A DNA stretch of 16,384 nucleotides from a virus (IMGVR_UViG_2563367003_000001); one strand, 5' to 3'. Shown: positions 1 through 9,589, counted from the first letter of the stretch. Made by a program: numbers and translations. Notes: a model not told the origin generated them from the letters alone.

Positions 1-2160
<2,160 letters not shown>

Positions 2161-2236
2161 ACATGAGTCAATGGTGTAAGTATGTGAATGATATAAGAGG
2201 AAAAATAGAGCATAATCTCTACCTGAATGGCTATGT

Positions 2237-2272
2237 TGCAATACACACTGCAATACACACTGCAATACACAG
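2237..2272 (+). repeat. Three tandem 12-bp direct repeats TGCAATACACAC/G (candidate integrase arm-type sites or operator)
   Basis: TGCAATACACAC TGCAATACACAC TGCAATACACAG; related copies near the other end of the element (13310..13350). Confidence 0.8.
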
Positions 2273-2331
2273 AAATCAATGTACAAACCATTCAATTATC
2301 AACCCACAAATGAAGTGAATAAAGATTTGTT

Positions 2332-3093
2332 ATGAATATTATAGATACCCTTCAAAATGACCTAGAGCGCGCAGTAGCGCTTCAAAACATACTAATTGCA
2401 AGAGCTACAGGAGCCCAGGATGAAGCTAATAATGATTATTTGCTTCTAAGAACATATTTCTTACAAAATCCTCCTTTACATCAGCTATTACCAGAGTTTG
2501 TGAGAACTAATCGCTCACTAAAAGAATTTTGGGGATTTATAAAAAAGACTGAAAAGTATGCCCCCCGGAGAGATTTGATTTATAAGGCATTTCAGCCGAT
2601 GCTGGATTATCTAGAAGGGAAAAATAAAGCTCCAGCGGATGAAGACATATCTGATGTATTAAGAAAGTTTAACGAGGATGGAGTCCACGCCGTTTGGATA
2701 AAAGCACTTGAACGGCGCCATACAGATCCGGATGGTGCGATAACCTCCGCAAGAACACTTCTTGAAACAGTTTGCAAACACATTCTTGATGATATGGGCA
2801 TTCAGTATAATAATAAAAATATTGAAATGTCAGAGCTTTATAAAACTCTTTCAAAAGAACTTAACCTATCTGCCGACCAACATACTGAAAATATCTTCAA
2901 ACAAATTCTCGGCGGTTGTTCTGCAGTTGTAAATGGGTTAGGTACTCTTCGTAATAAACTCGGTGATGCACATGGAACGAACAGCTCATCAATTAAGCCA
3001 TCCCCAAGGCATGCCGAACTTGCAGTAAATTTATCAGGCTCAATGGCTCTTTTTTTAATTAACACTTGGTTAAACCTTAAAGATGGGAAATAA
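2332..3093 (+). CDS. HEPN-domain protein with Rx6H motif (Abi_C / abortive-infection-like), 253 aa
   Basis: C-terminal motif GTLRNKLGDAHG fits the HEPN R-x(4-6)-H signature seen in AbiJ/AbiU2/Abi_C proteins. AT-rich gene in the cargo position of the element. Family assignment from motif memory only. Confidence 0.6.
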   Translation: MNIIDTLQNDLERAVALQNILIARATGAQDEANNDYLLLRTYFLQNPPLHQLLPEFVRTNRSLKEFWGFIKKTEKYAPRRDLIYKAFQPMLDYLEGKNKAPADEDISDVLRKFNEDGVHAVWIKALERRHTDPDGAITSARTLLETVCKHILDDMGIQYNNKNIEMSELYKTLSKELNLSADQHTENIFKQILGGCSAVVNGLGTLRNKLGDAHGTNSSSIKPSPRHAELAVNLSGSMALFLINTWLNLKDGK

Positions 3094-3179
3094 CGTATAA
3101 TGAAGTAACACGAGCAATTAGTTAATCATTATACTCAGTCGATTAATTTATTTTGACGACTCGTAAGCAATTTTTCGAT

Positions 3180-3199
3180 GAGGGCGGAACTCCGCCCTC
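3180..3199. repeat. Perfect palindrome GAGGGCGGA-ac-TCCGCCCTC in a 360-bp non-coding spacer
   Basis: 9-bp arms, 2-nt spacer; no flanking U-tract on either strand, so not a canonical intrinsic terminator. Confidence 0.4.
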
Positions 3200-3495
3200 G
3201 GTGCTAACCTATGAGAAACGATATCTCTTCCACCGATACCATAATATTAGGTATCGCGAAGAAGCCCCAAAATCAGTGTGTTGCTTTTACTACCCAAACT
3301 ACCTGTAGTTTCATAGTTGAGTTGCAAATTTGCAATTCGACTACCAGCCACAAGGCGTAAATTTGCGTCGTCAGGAATATCAACGAGTTAGCATATGAAT
3401 AGGCCAAACGGCCACAAACCTCACTTTTGAGGCTTGCTCATTTATTAGCTGGCTATGGTAAGGCCCATTTTGGGGCCGTCGAGAAAATCAAAGAG

Positions 3496-3771
3496 TTATC
3501 GCCGCAGTCTGTCAGGCTTCTTCCACTGGTACGATGCAACGTTCTGGCGTTGTCCCTGCCTCCGCCTAGCTGCCAGTATAGCCAGCACTTTGGTGCGGAT
3601 GACTAAGCAATCCTGTCCGTTCAGTTCTATACCGTCACGCCACATAACCTCAGCAACCACACGAGCGTAATTTTCAGCGGTGACACTGCCCGGCTGCGTG
3701 GCCTGTTCGTCATGCTGGTGGCTGACTCCACCAGCATAGCAGATTACTTTCAGTAGTTCGGATTCAGTCAT
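3496..3771 (-). CDS. Hypothetical protein (91 aa), last gene of the packaging operon downstream of terS
   Basis: ORF 12 bp after the Nu1-like stop, same strand. No recognised similarity; an overlapping plus-strand ORF 3455..3670 is less protein-like. Confidence 0.4.
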   Translation of the reverse strand: MTESELLKVICYAGGVSHQHDEQATQPGSVTAENYARVVAEVMWRDGIELNGQDCLVIRTKVLAILAARRRQGQRQNVASYQWKKPDRLRR

Positions 3772-3782
3772 AGCGTACTACG

Positions 3783-4310
3783 TTACTTATCCTTATTCAG
3801 CTGCAACTTATCCGGTACGTTTCCTGTACTTTCCATCAGATAATCAGCCAGTATCTGTGGGAGGTTGTCAGCAACGCCGGCACTGGCATTACAGGCTTTA
3901 GCCACTTCCTTTTTAAGTCCATCCAGCATAGCCGGAGTCATCTGTGGGAAGCGCCTTTGCATGGTAAGCGGCAGGCTGTCCATGATAGATGAAATCTGAC
4001 TCGCCAGTTTGGAAAGAACATACATACAAAACTCTGTATCAATAACGTCGCCGCGTTCGCGCTCGTTTTTAAGCTCCTGCGCCTCTGCCTGTGCTGTCAG
4101 TAATCTGATCCTGACGCGTAAAAGTTCATCGTCATCAATATCGCCCGTTTCGTTTGTAATCTGGCTGATTGCATTGTTAACCCGATTATCTATTACACTG
4201 GCAACATCATAGAACGCCTCACGGCCCTTACGCTCGACGGGAATCACTCCCCACTTATCGAACGCAGTGGCGCTTACACGGCAACTTTTTGCCATGTTTT
4301 TTTTGTTCAT
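3783..4310 (-). CDS. Small terminase subunit, lambda Nu1-like (satellite-encoded TerS)
   Basis: Middle and C-terminal regions align with lambda Nu1 from memory (AQAEAQELKNERERGDVIDTEFCMYVLSKLASQISSIMDSLPLTMQRRFPQ versus AQADAQELKNARDSAEVVETAFCTFVLSRIAGEIASILDGLPLSVQRRFPE). Sits ~150 bp downstream of the cos-like site, as in lambda. Start chosen at MNKKNMAK; ORF track extends to 4334. Confidence 0.8.
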   Translation of the reverse strand: MNKKNMAKSCRVSATAFDKWGVIPVERKGREAFYDVASVIDNRVNNAISQITNETGDIDDDELLRVRIRLLTAQAEAQELKNERERGDVIDTEFCMYVLSKLASQISSIMDSLPLTMQRRFPQMTPAMLDGLKKEVAKACNASAGVADNLPQILADYLMESTGNVPDKLQLNKDK

Positions 4311-4399
4311 CAGGTGTAATTTCATTGATACCACAACTTAATTACTGTTTCAGGTTGGTGTATTGATTGTATTTTTCTCTTATTATTCATACAGATATA

Positions 4400-4500
4400 G
4401 CGAACAACAAAACCACCACCAGTCCCCTTAAAATGCTCATAAATAGAGAAAACCCGCGCGCCTGACGCCCCGTAGCCTGTCAGATCGCCGGAAAGGACCC
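4400..4500 (-). other. Lambda-like cos site (cosQ-side flank, cosN-equivalent at 4459..4470, start of cosB)
   Basis: Minus strand reads GGGTCCTTTCCGGCGATCTGACAGGCTACG GGGCGTCAGGCG CGCGGGTTTTCTCTATTTATGAGCATTTT. Recalled lambda sequence is ...GGGTCCTTTCCGGTGATCCGACAGGTTACG GGGCGGCGACCT CGCGGGTTTTCGCTATTTATGAAAATTTT. Flanks are near-identical; the central 12-mer differs at ~5 positions. Confidence 0.7.
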
Positions 4501-4526
4501 GCCAGCCAGAGCGGGCCCTAATTTCA

Positions 4527-4910
4527 TCAACCAATCAGCTTATAGCGACCATCCCGTGCATTGCGGCGTACACGCTCAATCTTGAGGCATAGCGCCGCAT
4601 CTGGCTTTTTTGGGACAGGTACGCGGCAATATTCAGAAGCGCGAGGAATATTATTTATCCAGTCGATCACTTCACTTAAATACCAGGCCTTACGCCCTTC
4701 CGTAACCTGCACACGCTCCGGGAACTCTCCACTAGCCTCAAGGTTTAGCAGTGTACGCCGACTCAGGGTTGTAATTTCCATCACCTGATTCATATCAACA
4801 AGGCGCTCGCTTAAACACATTTTGTCAGCGATAGCTTTTAATTCCTCTACAGCTGGATTCGGGTACATCATTTCGGCAATTGGCTTAAGGTCATTGTAAT
4901 CATTCTGCAT
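4527..4910 (-). CDS. AlpA/MerR-like HTH DNA-binding protein (127 aa), between the decoration gene and cos
   Basis: MEITTLSRRTLLNLEASGEFPERVQVTEGRKAWYLSEVIDWINN fits the AlpA-family HTH pattern. RBS GGGGGA 5 nt upstream of ATG at 4910. Function (regulator versus packaging factor) unknown. Confidence 0.6.
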   Translation of the reverse strand: MQNDYNDLKPIAEMMYPNPAVEELKAIADKMCLSERLVDMNQVMEITTLSRRTLLNLEASGEFPERVQVTEGRKAWYLSEVIDWINNIPRASEYCRVPVPKKPDAALCLKIERVRRNARDGRYKLIG

Positions 4911-4921
4911 TGTATCCCCCT

Positions 4922-5263
4922 TTACACACGAGCCAGCGGCTGAACAGAAATACCTGAGCCAACAAACGCGGCAACCTTTGCCGACAGTTCTCTTACAGAC
5001 TCAGGCCAGTTCAGAGCATCAACATTTAAAACACCTGTCTTATAAACCTGTGCCTGTGTTTTTTTCGCTGTGTCGATTTGTACAGCGGAAACATAAACCG
5101 CTTTGCCTGCGCTCGTTCCATCCCATACCACTAGCGCACCAGTTGCATCTTCCTGCATCAGTGGCGTAAACGCAGGTATTACCCCTTTATTGGCTGAAAA
5201 TATCCCCAGCGTAGTAACCAGTGCTTCAGTGCCAGACATGAGTTCAGTGTAATGAGTAGCCAT
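4922..5263 (-). CDS. Head decoration protein, lambda gpD-like (satellite-encoded)
   Basis: 113 aa; AFTPLMQEDATGALVVWDGTSAGKAVYVSAV...QVYKTGVLNVDALNWPES...AFVGSGISV parallels lambda gpD ([31 protein letters not shown]...[18 protein letters not shown]...[10 protein letters not shown]). Strong RBS AAGGGGGAG. Confidence 0.8.
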   Translation of the reverse strand: MATHYTELMSGTEALVTTLGIFSANKGVIPAFTPLMQEDATGALVVWDGTSAGKAVYVSAVQIDTAKKTQAQVYKTGVLNVDALNWPESVRELSAKVAAFVGSGISVQPLARV

Positions 5264-5272
5264 TGCTCCCCC

Positions 5273-6313
5273 TTAGCCAATGCGAACGGTAACAAAACGA
5301 TTGATGCGGGCCGGTATTGGCTGTGGTGCTGAATGTGTCTGCACATATTCAATAGCCGGATCACCAGGCACAATATAGTTTTTCGGTGCAAGTTCGGCTT
5401 TAGTCAGCCCCATTCGGATTAGCTCCGGATCCTGAATACCGCCATAGGCGACAATCCCCTGAAGAGCCGTATTGCCAAGCACCATCAAATCAGGATCAAG
5501 GAAATGTTTTTCAGTTCCGTCCTCGTCGGTATAACGCCCGCTGTATACAACAATCGCAACATCGCCCATATACCCTTTAAAACTCACCGAATCACCAAGG
5601 TCTTTAAGGGCCGTTTCCAGTTCGGAATTAGAACCACGACGGGTATCCAGAGCCTCTTTTATCGCTCTGAATGAACGGTATTTCTTCCATACATTACCGC
5701 CCATAATGATGATATTAGTGACGCCCTCACTAAATTCTGCGTAGCTCTCAATATCATCATTTGGATCAAAAGTTTCTTTATCCTTACCTGACCACTCAGC
5801 ACCGCCAGACTGAGTGATGATATTTTGTGGTTTAATATTCCAGTCCAGCTCATAACGTTCAATACCATCGCCCTCAATGATATTTTTCCCCGTTGTGATT
5901 GCCTGAACGGCAAGCCATTCAATACGTGCACGAATAGCTTTAGCCTGATTTACAATCGCCTGTTTAACTTTAATATTACGCGCTCCAAAAGCATTGTATT
6001 GCTCAGGTGATACACCAGCAGGGCGCACAGCTAACTTATTTGGATCAATGCTGCTTTTCGGCTTCATATAGCCTGGACGAATTGTTTTTGATTCGTACCC
6101 TTCGTCACGTGAAACTTTACTACCCACCATAGGAGAACAAAACGCTGCAATTGGGATATTTGGATCGTCGATTGTATCAAGAATAATATCGCGCGATTCA
6201 AACATTACCGAGCGAGTAAAAAACAAACTGGTAAACAACGCATTTAGTTGTTTTTGTACATCTACAGCATTAACCACCTGTACAAGCTGGGTAGGCGAAT
6301 ATAAATCAACCAT
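5273..6313 (-). CDS. Major capsid protein, lambda gpE-family homolog (divergent, satellite-encoded)
   Basis: Shares blocks with lambda gpE: ITQSGGAEWSGKDKETFDPNDDIESYA, RRGSNSELETALKDLG, GDVAIVVYSG, GYMKPK. Start set at MVDLYSPTQ (RBS AAGAGG); ORF track extends upstream to 6487. Confidence 0.85.
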   Translation of the reverse strand: MVDLYSPTQLVQVVNAVDVQKQLNALFTSLFFTRSVMFESRDIILDTIDDPNIPIAAFCSPMVGSKVSRDEGYESKTIRPGYMKPKSSIDPNKLAVRPAGVSPEQYNAFGARNIKVKQAIVNQAKAIRARIEWLAVQAITTGKNIIEGDGIERYELDWNIKPQNIITQSGGAEWSGKDKETFDPNDDIESYAEFSEGVTNIIIMGGNVWKKYRSFRAIKEALDTRRGSNSELETALKDLGDSVSFKGYMGDVAIVVYSGRYTDEDGTEKHFLDPDLMVLGNTALQGIVAYGGIQDPELIRMGLTKAELAPKNYIVPGDPAIEYVQTHSAPQPIPARINRFVTVRIG

Positions 6314-6487
6314 ACGCATCCTCTTTGCATTCATTAAAAATAATTGTGGATATATGCTATCACCGATATTTGTCATGCGAATACATGCAACCGAGTGCAA
6401 TGTTGTATAAAGTTTTGGGATGACAACTTCAGCACGGATAATTAGTGTTAATATCTTCACTCCCTTTGGTCTGGATTTATGTAGCAT

Positions 6488-6521
6488 GCCGGAAAATTTA
6501 TTTTTTTTCCGGCCTTTTTTA
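6488..6521 (+). terminator. GC-stem hairpin with T-tract (plus-strand orientation) between ssb and the capsid gene
   Basis: GCCGGAAAA-tttatttt-TTTTCCGGC followed by CTTTTTTA on the plus strand; on the minus strand the hairpin is not followed by a U-run. Confidence 0.4.
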
Positions 6522-6531
6522 TTGGCAATAT

Positions 6532-6981
6532 TTAAAACGGAATATCATCTCCCCATTGCTCATTATCTCCCACTGGTGGATGGCTTCCTTGCTGATCTGC
6601 CTGTTGTTTTGCTCTGTTCAGTGCGTCAGTAGCCTGACCCTGTTGATCTTTTTTGCCGCCCGGTCGCACCGTTCGCGCACTGATTACGCTGTCTGCGATA
6701 ACCTGCCAGCCCTGCCGCGTTTCACCGTTCTGTCCAGTCCACTGGCTCACCTGCATATTACCCGCCACGCTCAGGAGTTCGCCTTTGTGATGCTTTGCCA
6801 GCGTGTCGGCTTGTCTGCCAAACGCCAGCACAGATAACCACATCGTCGCCGTTCCGTCATCTGCCTGGCTGCATGGCAAAGATACCGCCATCCGTGCCAG
6901 TGTCATGGGTGTTCCCTTGCTGGTATGTTTTACCTGTGGGTCGTCCACCAGCCGCCCGTAAGCTGCTATTTGCGCCGTCAT
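6532..6981 (-). CDS. ssb: Single-stranded DNA-binding protein (SSB) with C-terminal acidic tip ...WGDDIPF
   Basis: 149 aa; OB-fold-like N-terminus (AYGRLVDDPQ...), Gln/Gly-rich linker, and the DDIPF tail characteristic of bacterial/phage SSBs (E. coli SSB ends DDDIPF). Confidence 0.8.
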   Translation of the reverse strand: MTAQIAAYGRLVDDPQVKHTSKGTPMTLARMAVSLPCSQADDGTATMWLSVLAFGRQADTLAKHHKGELLSVAGNMQVSQWTGQNGETRQGWQVIADSVISARTVRPGGKKDQQGQATDALNRAKQQADQQGSHPPVGDNEQWGDDIPF

Positions 6982-6992
6982 GCTGCCTGCTC

Positions 6993-7235
6993 TCAGGACT
7001 TAATATTGATGGTTGTCACTTCCTCCGCTTCGGCAATCTCCCGTTCGGTCAGCGTGGCAAAGTTTGCAGCCGCCGTTGTCATGAATGCGCTTATCAGTTC
7101 GGGATGTGCTTTCGCGTATCCTTCCCCGGCGTTGCGGTCTATTGCCTTAATCGCCACCCTTAGCCAGTGTTCAGCCATATCAAGGGCGCGGTAATGTGGC
7201 TTTATATGTTTGTTCAGTTTTCCTGATGTGTGCAT
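6993..7235 (-). CDS. Hypothetical protein (80 aa) immediately downstream of the iteron origin
   Basis: ORF with GAGGGGG RBS ~10 nt upstream; no recognised domain. Confidence 0.45.
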   Translation of the reverse strand: MHTSGKLNKHIKPHYRALDMAEHWLRVAIKAIDRNAGEGYAKAHPELISAFMTTAAANFATLTEREIAEAEEVTTINIKS

Positions 7236-7280
7236 TTTTATTTTTACCCCCTCGTTTAAAAAGTTTTTTGTGCACCACCA

Positions 7281-7510
7281 CCTTGTCTACCTTGTCTACC
7301 TGATTAGTTATCAGGCCAGTAATGGCGCGGGTTTCAGGGAGGTAGACAGCCCCAAATAGCTGTCTACCTCATCTCTACCCGTCTCCTTACCTGTCTACAA
7401 AAATGGGTAGATAAGGTAGATAACAGGTAGACAGTGAAAAATAGTTATCTACCTGCATTAATACATTGAAATAAAAGTATTTTATTTCAGTCAGGTAGAC
7501 AAGGTAGATA
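7281..7510. repeat. Replication origin: iteron array (>=11 copies of GGTAGAYA/TRTCTACC in both orientations) plus AT-rich segment
   Basis: CTTGTCTACCTTGTCTACC (7282..7300), GGTAGACAG (7341), TGTCTACC (7361), CTGTCTAC (7391), GGTAGATAAGGTAGATAACAGGTAGACAG (7407..7434), TATCTACC (7447), GGTAGACAAGGTAGATAAC (7493..7511); AT-rich 7457..7490. Lies directly 3' of the helicase gene. Confidence 0.8.
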
Positions 7511-7524
7511 ACCATTGCCATTTT

Positions 7525-9276
7525 TTATAAAAACGCATCGCAATCATCAGTAGTCGTTGCGTTGGTCTGCGTGACTCCCTTAACTTTTCGCGTAATATAT
7601 TCATATCCGTAAACTTTCGCCGCTGACCTCATAGCCTTTCCGAACTCATTCACGCTCAAACATTTCCCCTTTCCTGTATATGCCATGAAGGCCATATAGA
7701 CACGGTAAAGGCTGTTTCTGGTCGTGTACTTCACGGTGTCACCACCACCGCCCATCATTAGCCCACGAGCTTCCTCCAGAAACTCCAGCGCCGCGCAAAG
7801 CTCAACAACCGGATCCGTTTGCTGCTTTATTGCCAGAGCTTCATCACCGTCACGCTGTTCCAGTAATAAAGCCCGTGCCTTTTCAGGGTCAGCAAAATTA
7901 GCCAGCAAGCGGCGGATAATTACGGGGATTTCTGCCGCTATCTTTTCCGGTAATTCCTTGTCTTTTTCGTCCTCCCTTACAATGTTGTCGAACCGGAAAA
8001 TCACCCGACGGCGTGACACACCTCCGGCCCGTTCGGTAAAGATCATCGGGTCGTTATTGGTTGCCAGTACCACCGCCCTTATTATCGTCGTGAATCGCTT
8101 CTCATATTTCGGGTTAATTTCAACGGGATCGCCTCCCGTGATTTTCTTGATGCCCGTGCCTTCCCCCGTATATTTCGGCTGATCGGCAAGGACGATAAGA
8201 CGACTCCCGACAACCTGCGCACGCCCTCCTGCATCATCGAGTGATGTCATCTCTGCGCTTACGGTGTTCTGTTTGCCAGCAAGCAGGGTGGCAATATGGG
8301 TAAATGTACTCTTACCGCTTCCCCCGTCTCCGGTGGCCTCAATGAACATCTGCCAGTCGTACCGGTTCGCCATAATCATGTACAGCGCGGCACATATACG
8401 CATCATCTTGCGCGGGTCTTTTCCGGCTGCGTGCTCAAGCCATTTATGAAAGTTTGGCGCGTTATCGCGGATGTTCTCCCCTGGTGCTGGTGGCGTGTAC
8501 TCAATGCCGTTGTGCGTGGTGATCCAGTTCTCCGGCGTGTGCGGGGAAAATTCCCCCGTTTTCAGGTCAAGCGCACCATTGGCGAACGGCAGCAAATCGC
8601 CGGACGGCTCGCCCATTGGTTCGGCAATAACTTTTAACGCTTCAACGGCGTTATTGATCACGCGTTTGCTGAAAGTGGCCCTGTGCTCTGAATAGATCGC
8701 CACCATTTCGCGGCTCAGCTCCATTGTGCTGATCGGACACCATACCCCGCCGCGCCATACGTGAACGATTTCACTTTCCGGATGCACACAAACGCCATCA
8801 AAGCGCTCGGCAAGCAGCTGCGCGCGCTCACTGTCTGCCATCTGTGAAAGTTGCGCCTTTTGCTTCGTCGGAAGATTAAGCACCAGGCTTTCCCCACGCT
8901 CGCATTCCTCTTTGAGTCGCGGCAACTGGTCGGATAAATCCACTGGGCTGGTGTCAGTAATCCCCGCGTATTCGTGTACGGTCTTCACTCCAGCCACAGC
9001 CAGTAACGTAACAATCTGCGTCATGCTGTGCTCTGTGATATGTCCTGCGCGGTAAACACGCACACACTGACGATCTTCATCAATGATCCGGTAATCGGTG
9101 ATGTTTTTCAGTTGCTCATCAGCCAACACGACAGGCGGCACATCGTCGGCGGCAATATGTTTACCCGCCCATTCCTGCCACTCTTTCGCATGGCTCCACG
9201 CATCACTACCTGCAAAGATGATTATCTCTGTCAGTCTGTCGCGTGGCTGTTTTTTTAAGTTCGGTGCCAGTTTCAT
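7525..9276 (-). CDS. Replication initiator: SF3 helicase of the D5 / P4-alpha family (primase-helicase-like), 583 aa
   Basis: Walker A GDGGSGKST and surrounding D5_N/P4-alpha C-terminal-like sequence; followed by the iteron origin. The N-terminal ~250 aa may be a primase-like domain (not verified). Confidence 0.75.
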   Translation of the reverse strand: MKLAPNLKKQPRDRLTEIIIFAGSDAWSHAKEWQEWAGKHIAADDVPPVVLADEQLKNITDYRIIDEDRQCVRVYRAGHITEHSMTQIVTLLAVAGVKTVHEYAGITDTSPVDLSDQLPRLKEECERGESLVLNLPTKQKAQLSQMADSERAQLLAERFDGVCVHPESEIVHVWRGGVWCPISTMELSREMVAIYSEHRATFSKRVINNAVEALKVIAEPMGEPSGDLLPFANGALDLKTGEFSPHTPENWITTHNGIEYTPPAPGENIRDNAPNFHKWLEHAAGKDPRKMMRICAALYMIMANRYDWQMFIEATGDGGSGKSTFTHIATLLAGKQNTVSAEMTSLDDAGGRAQVVGSRLIVLADQPKYTGEGTGIKKITGGDPVEINPKYEKRFTTIIRAVVLATNNDPMIFTERAGGVSRRRVIFRFDNIVREDEKDKELPEKIAAEIPVIIRRLLANFADPEKARALLLEQRDGDEALAIKQQTDPVVELCAALEFLEEARGLMMGGGGDTVKYTTRNSLYRVYMAFMAYTGKGKCLSVNEFGKAMRSAAKVYGYEYITRKVKGVTQTNATTTDDCDAFL

Positions 9277-9572
9277 TTTTTGCCCCTGAATGCGTTAATC
9301 ATGCTTTTCATTTTCTGGATGTTTCCCCGCGCTTTTTCCCTGCTGATGGGCTTACTGCGGGGTGCGGCATATACCAGGGAAAAATCACGCCGGAACTGAT
9401 AAACAGGCATCACGCAGTCATAGCTATACCCCTCACGACGGTAAGTGATGCGCCGTTCTGCCACGCCTTTAATCGTTACCGTGCCGCCGTATTTATCGCG
9501 GTAAATATCGCCGTTCATAAATTCAGGCCGAGCGGGGCCGCTGGCAATAAAGCCAGAATTTTTCATTTCCAT
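9273..9572 (-). CDS. Hypothetical protein (99 aa), translationally coupled to the helicase gene (ATGA overlap)
   Basis: ORF in operon context; no recognised motif. Confidence 0.45.
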   Translation of the reverse strand: MEMKNSGFIASGPARPEFMNGDIYRDKYGGTVTIKGVAERRITYRREGYSYDCVMPVYQFRRDFSLVYAAPRSKPISREKARGNIQKMKSMINAFRGKK

Positions 9573-9589
9573 ATTATTTATTCCTCGAC

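Noticed and set aside
3455-3670. 71-aa plus-strand ORF at the end of the packaging operon
   Set aside because: Overlaps the minus-strand 91-aa ORF that is in operon context with terS; translation is Ser/Arg-rich and not protein-like. Either could be spurious, so only the minus-strand ORF is reported, at low confidence.
4322-4534. 70-aa minus-strand ORF covering the cos site
   Set aside because: Overlaps the conserved cos sequence and the start of the Nu1-like gene in another frame; no RBS.
7281-7510. Possible CRISPR array (short repeats)
   Set aside because: Repeats are 8-9 bp, in both orientations, with irregular spacing and no uniform spacers; this is an iteron origin, not CRISPR. The 3x12-bp array at 2237..2272 is likewise too short and has no spacers.
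7724-8695. Several plus-strand ORFs (152, 113, 74 aa) within the helicase gene
   Set aside because: Antisense to a gene with a clear Walker A motif and family similarity; low-complexity Ser/Ala-rich translations typical of antisense frames.
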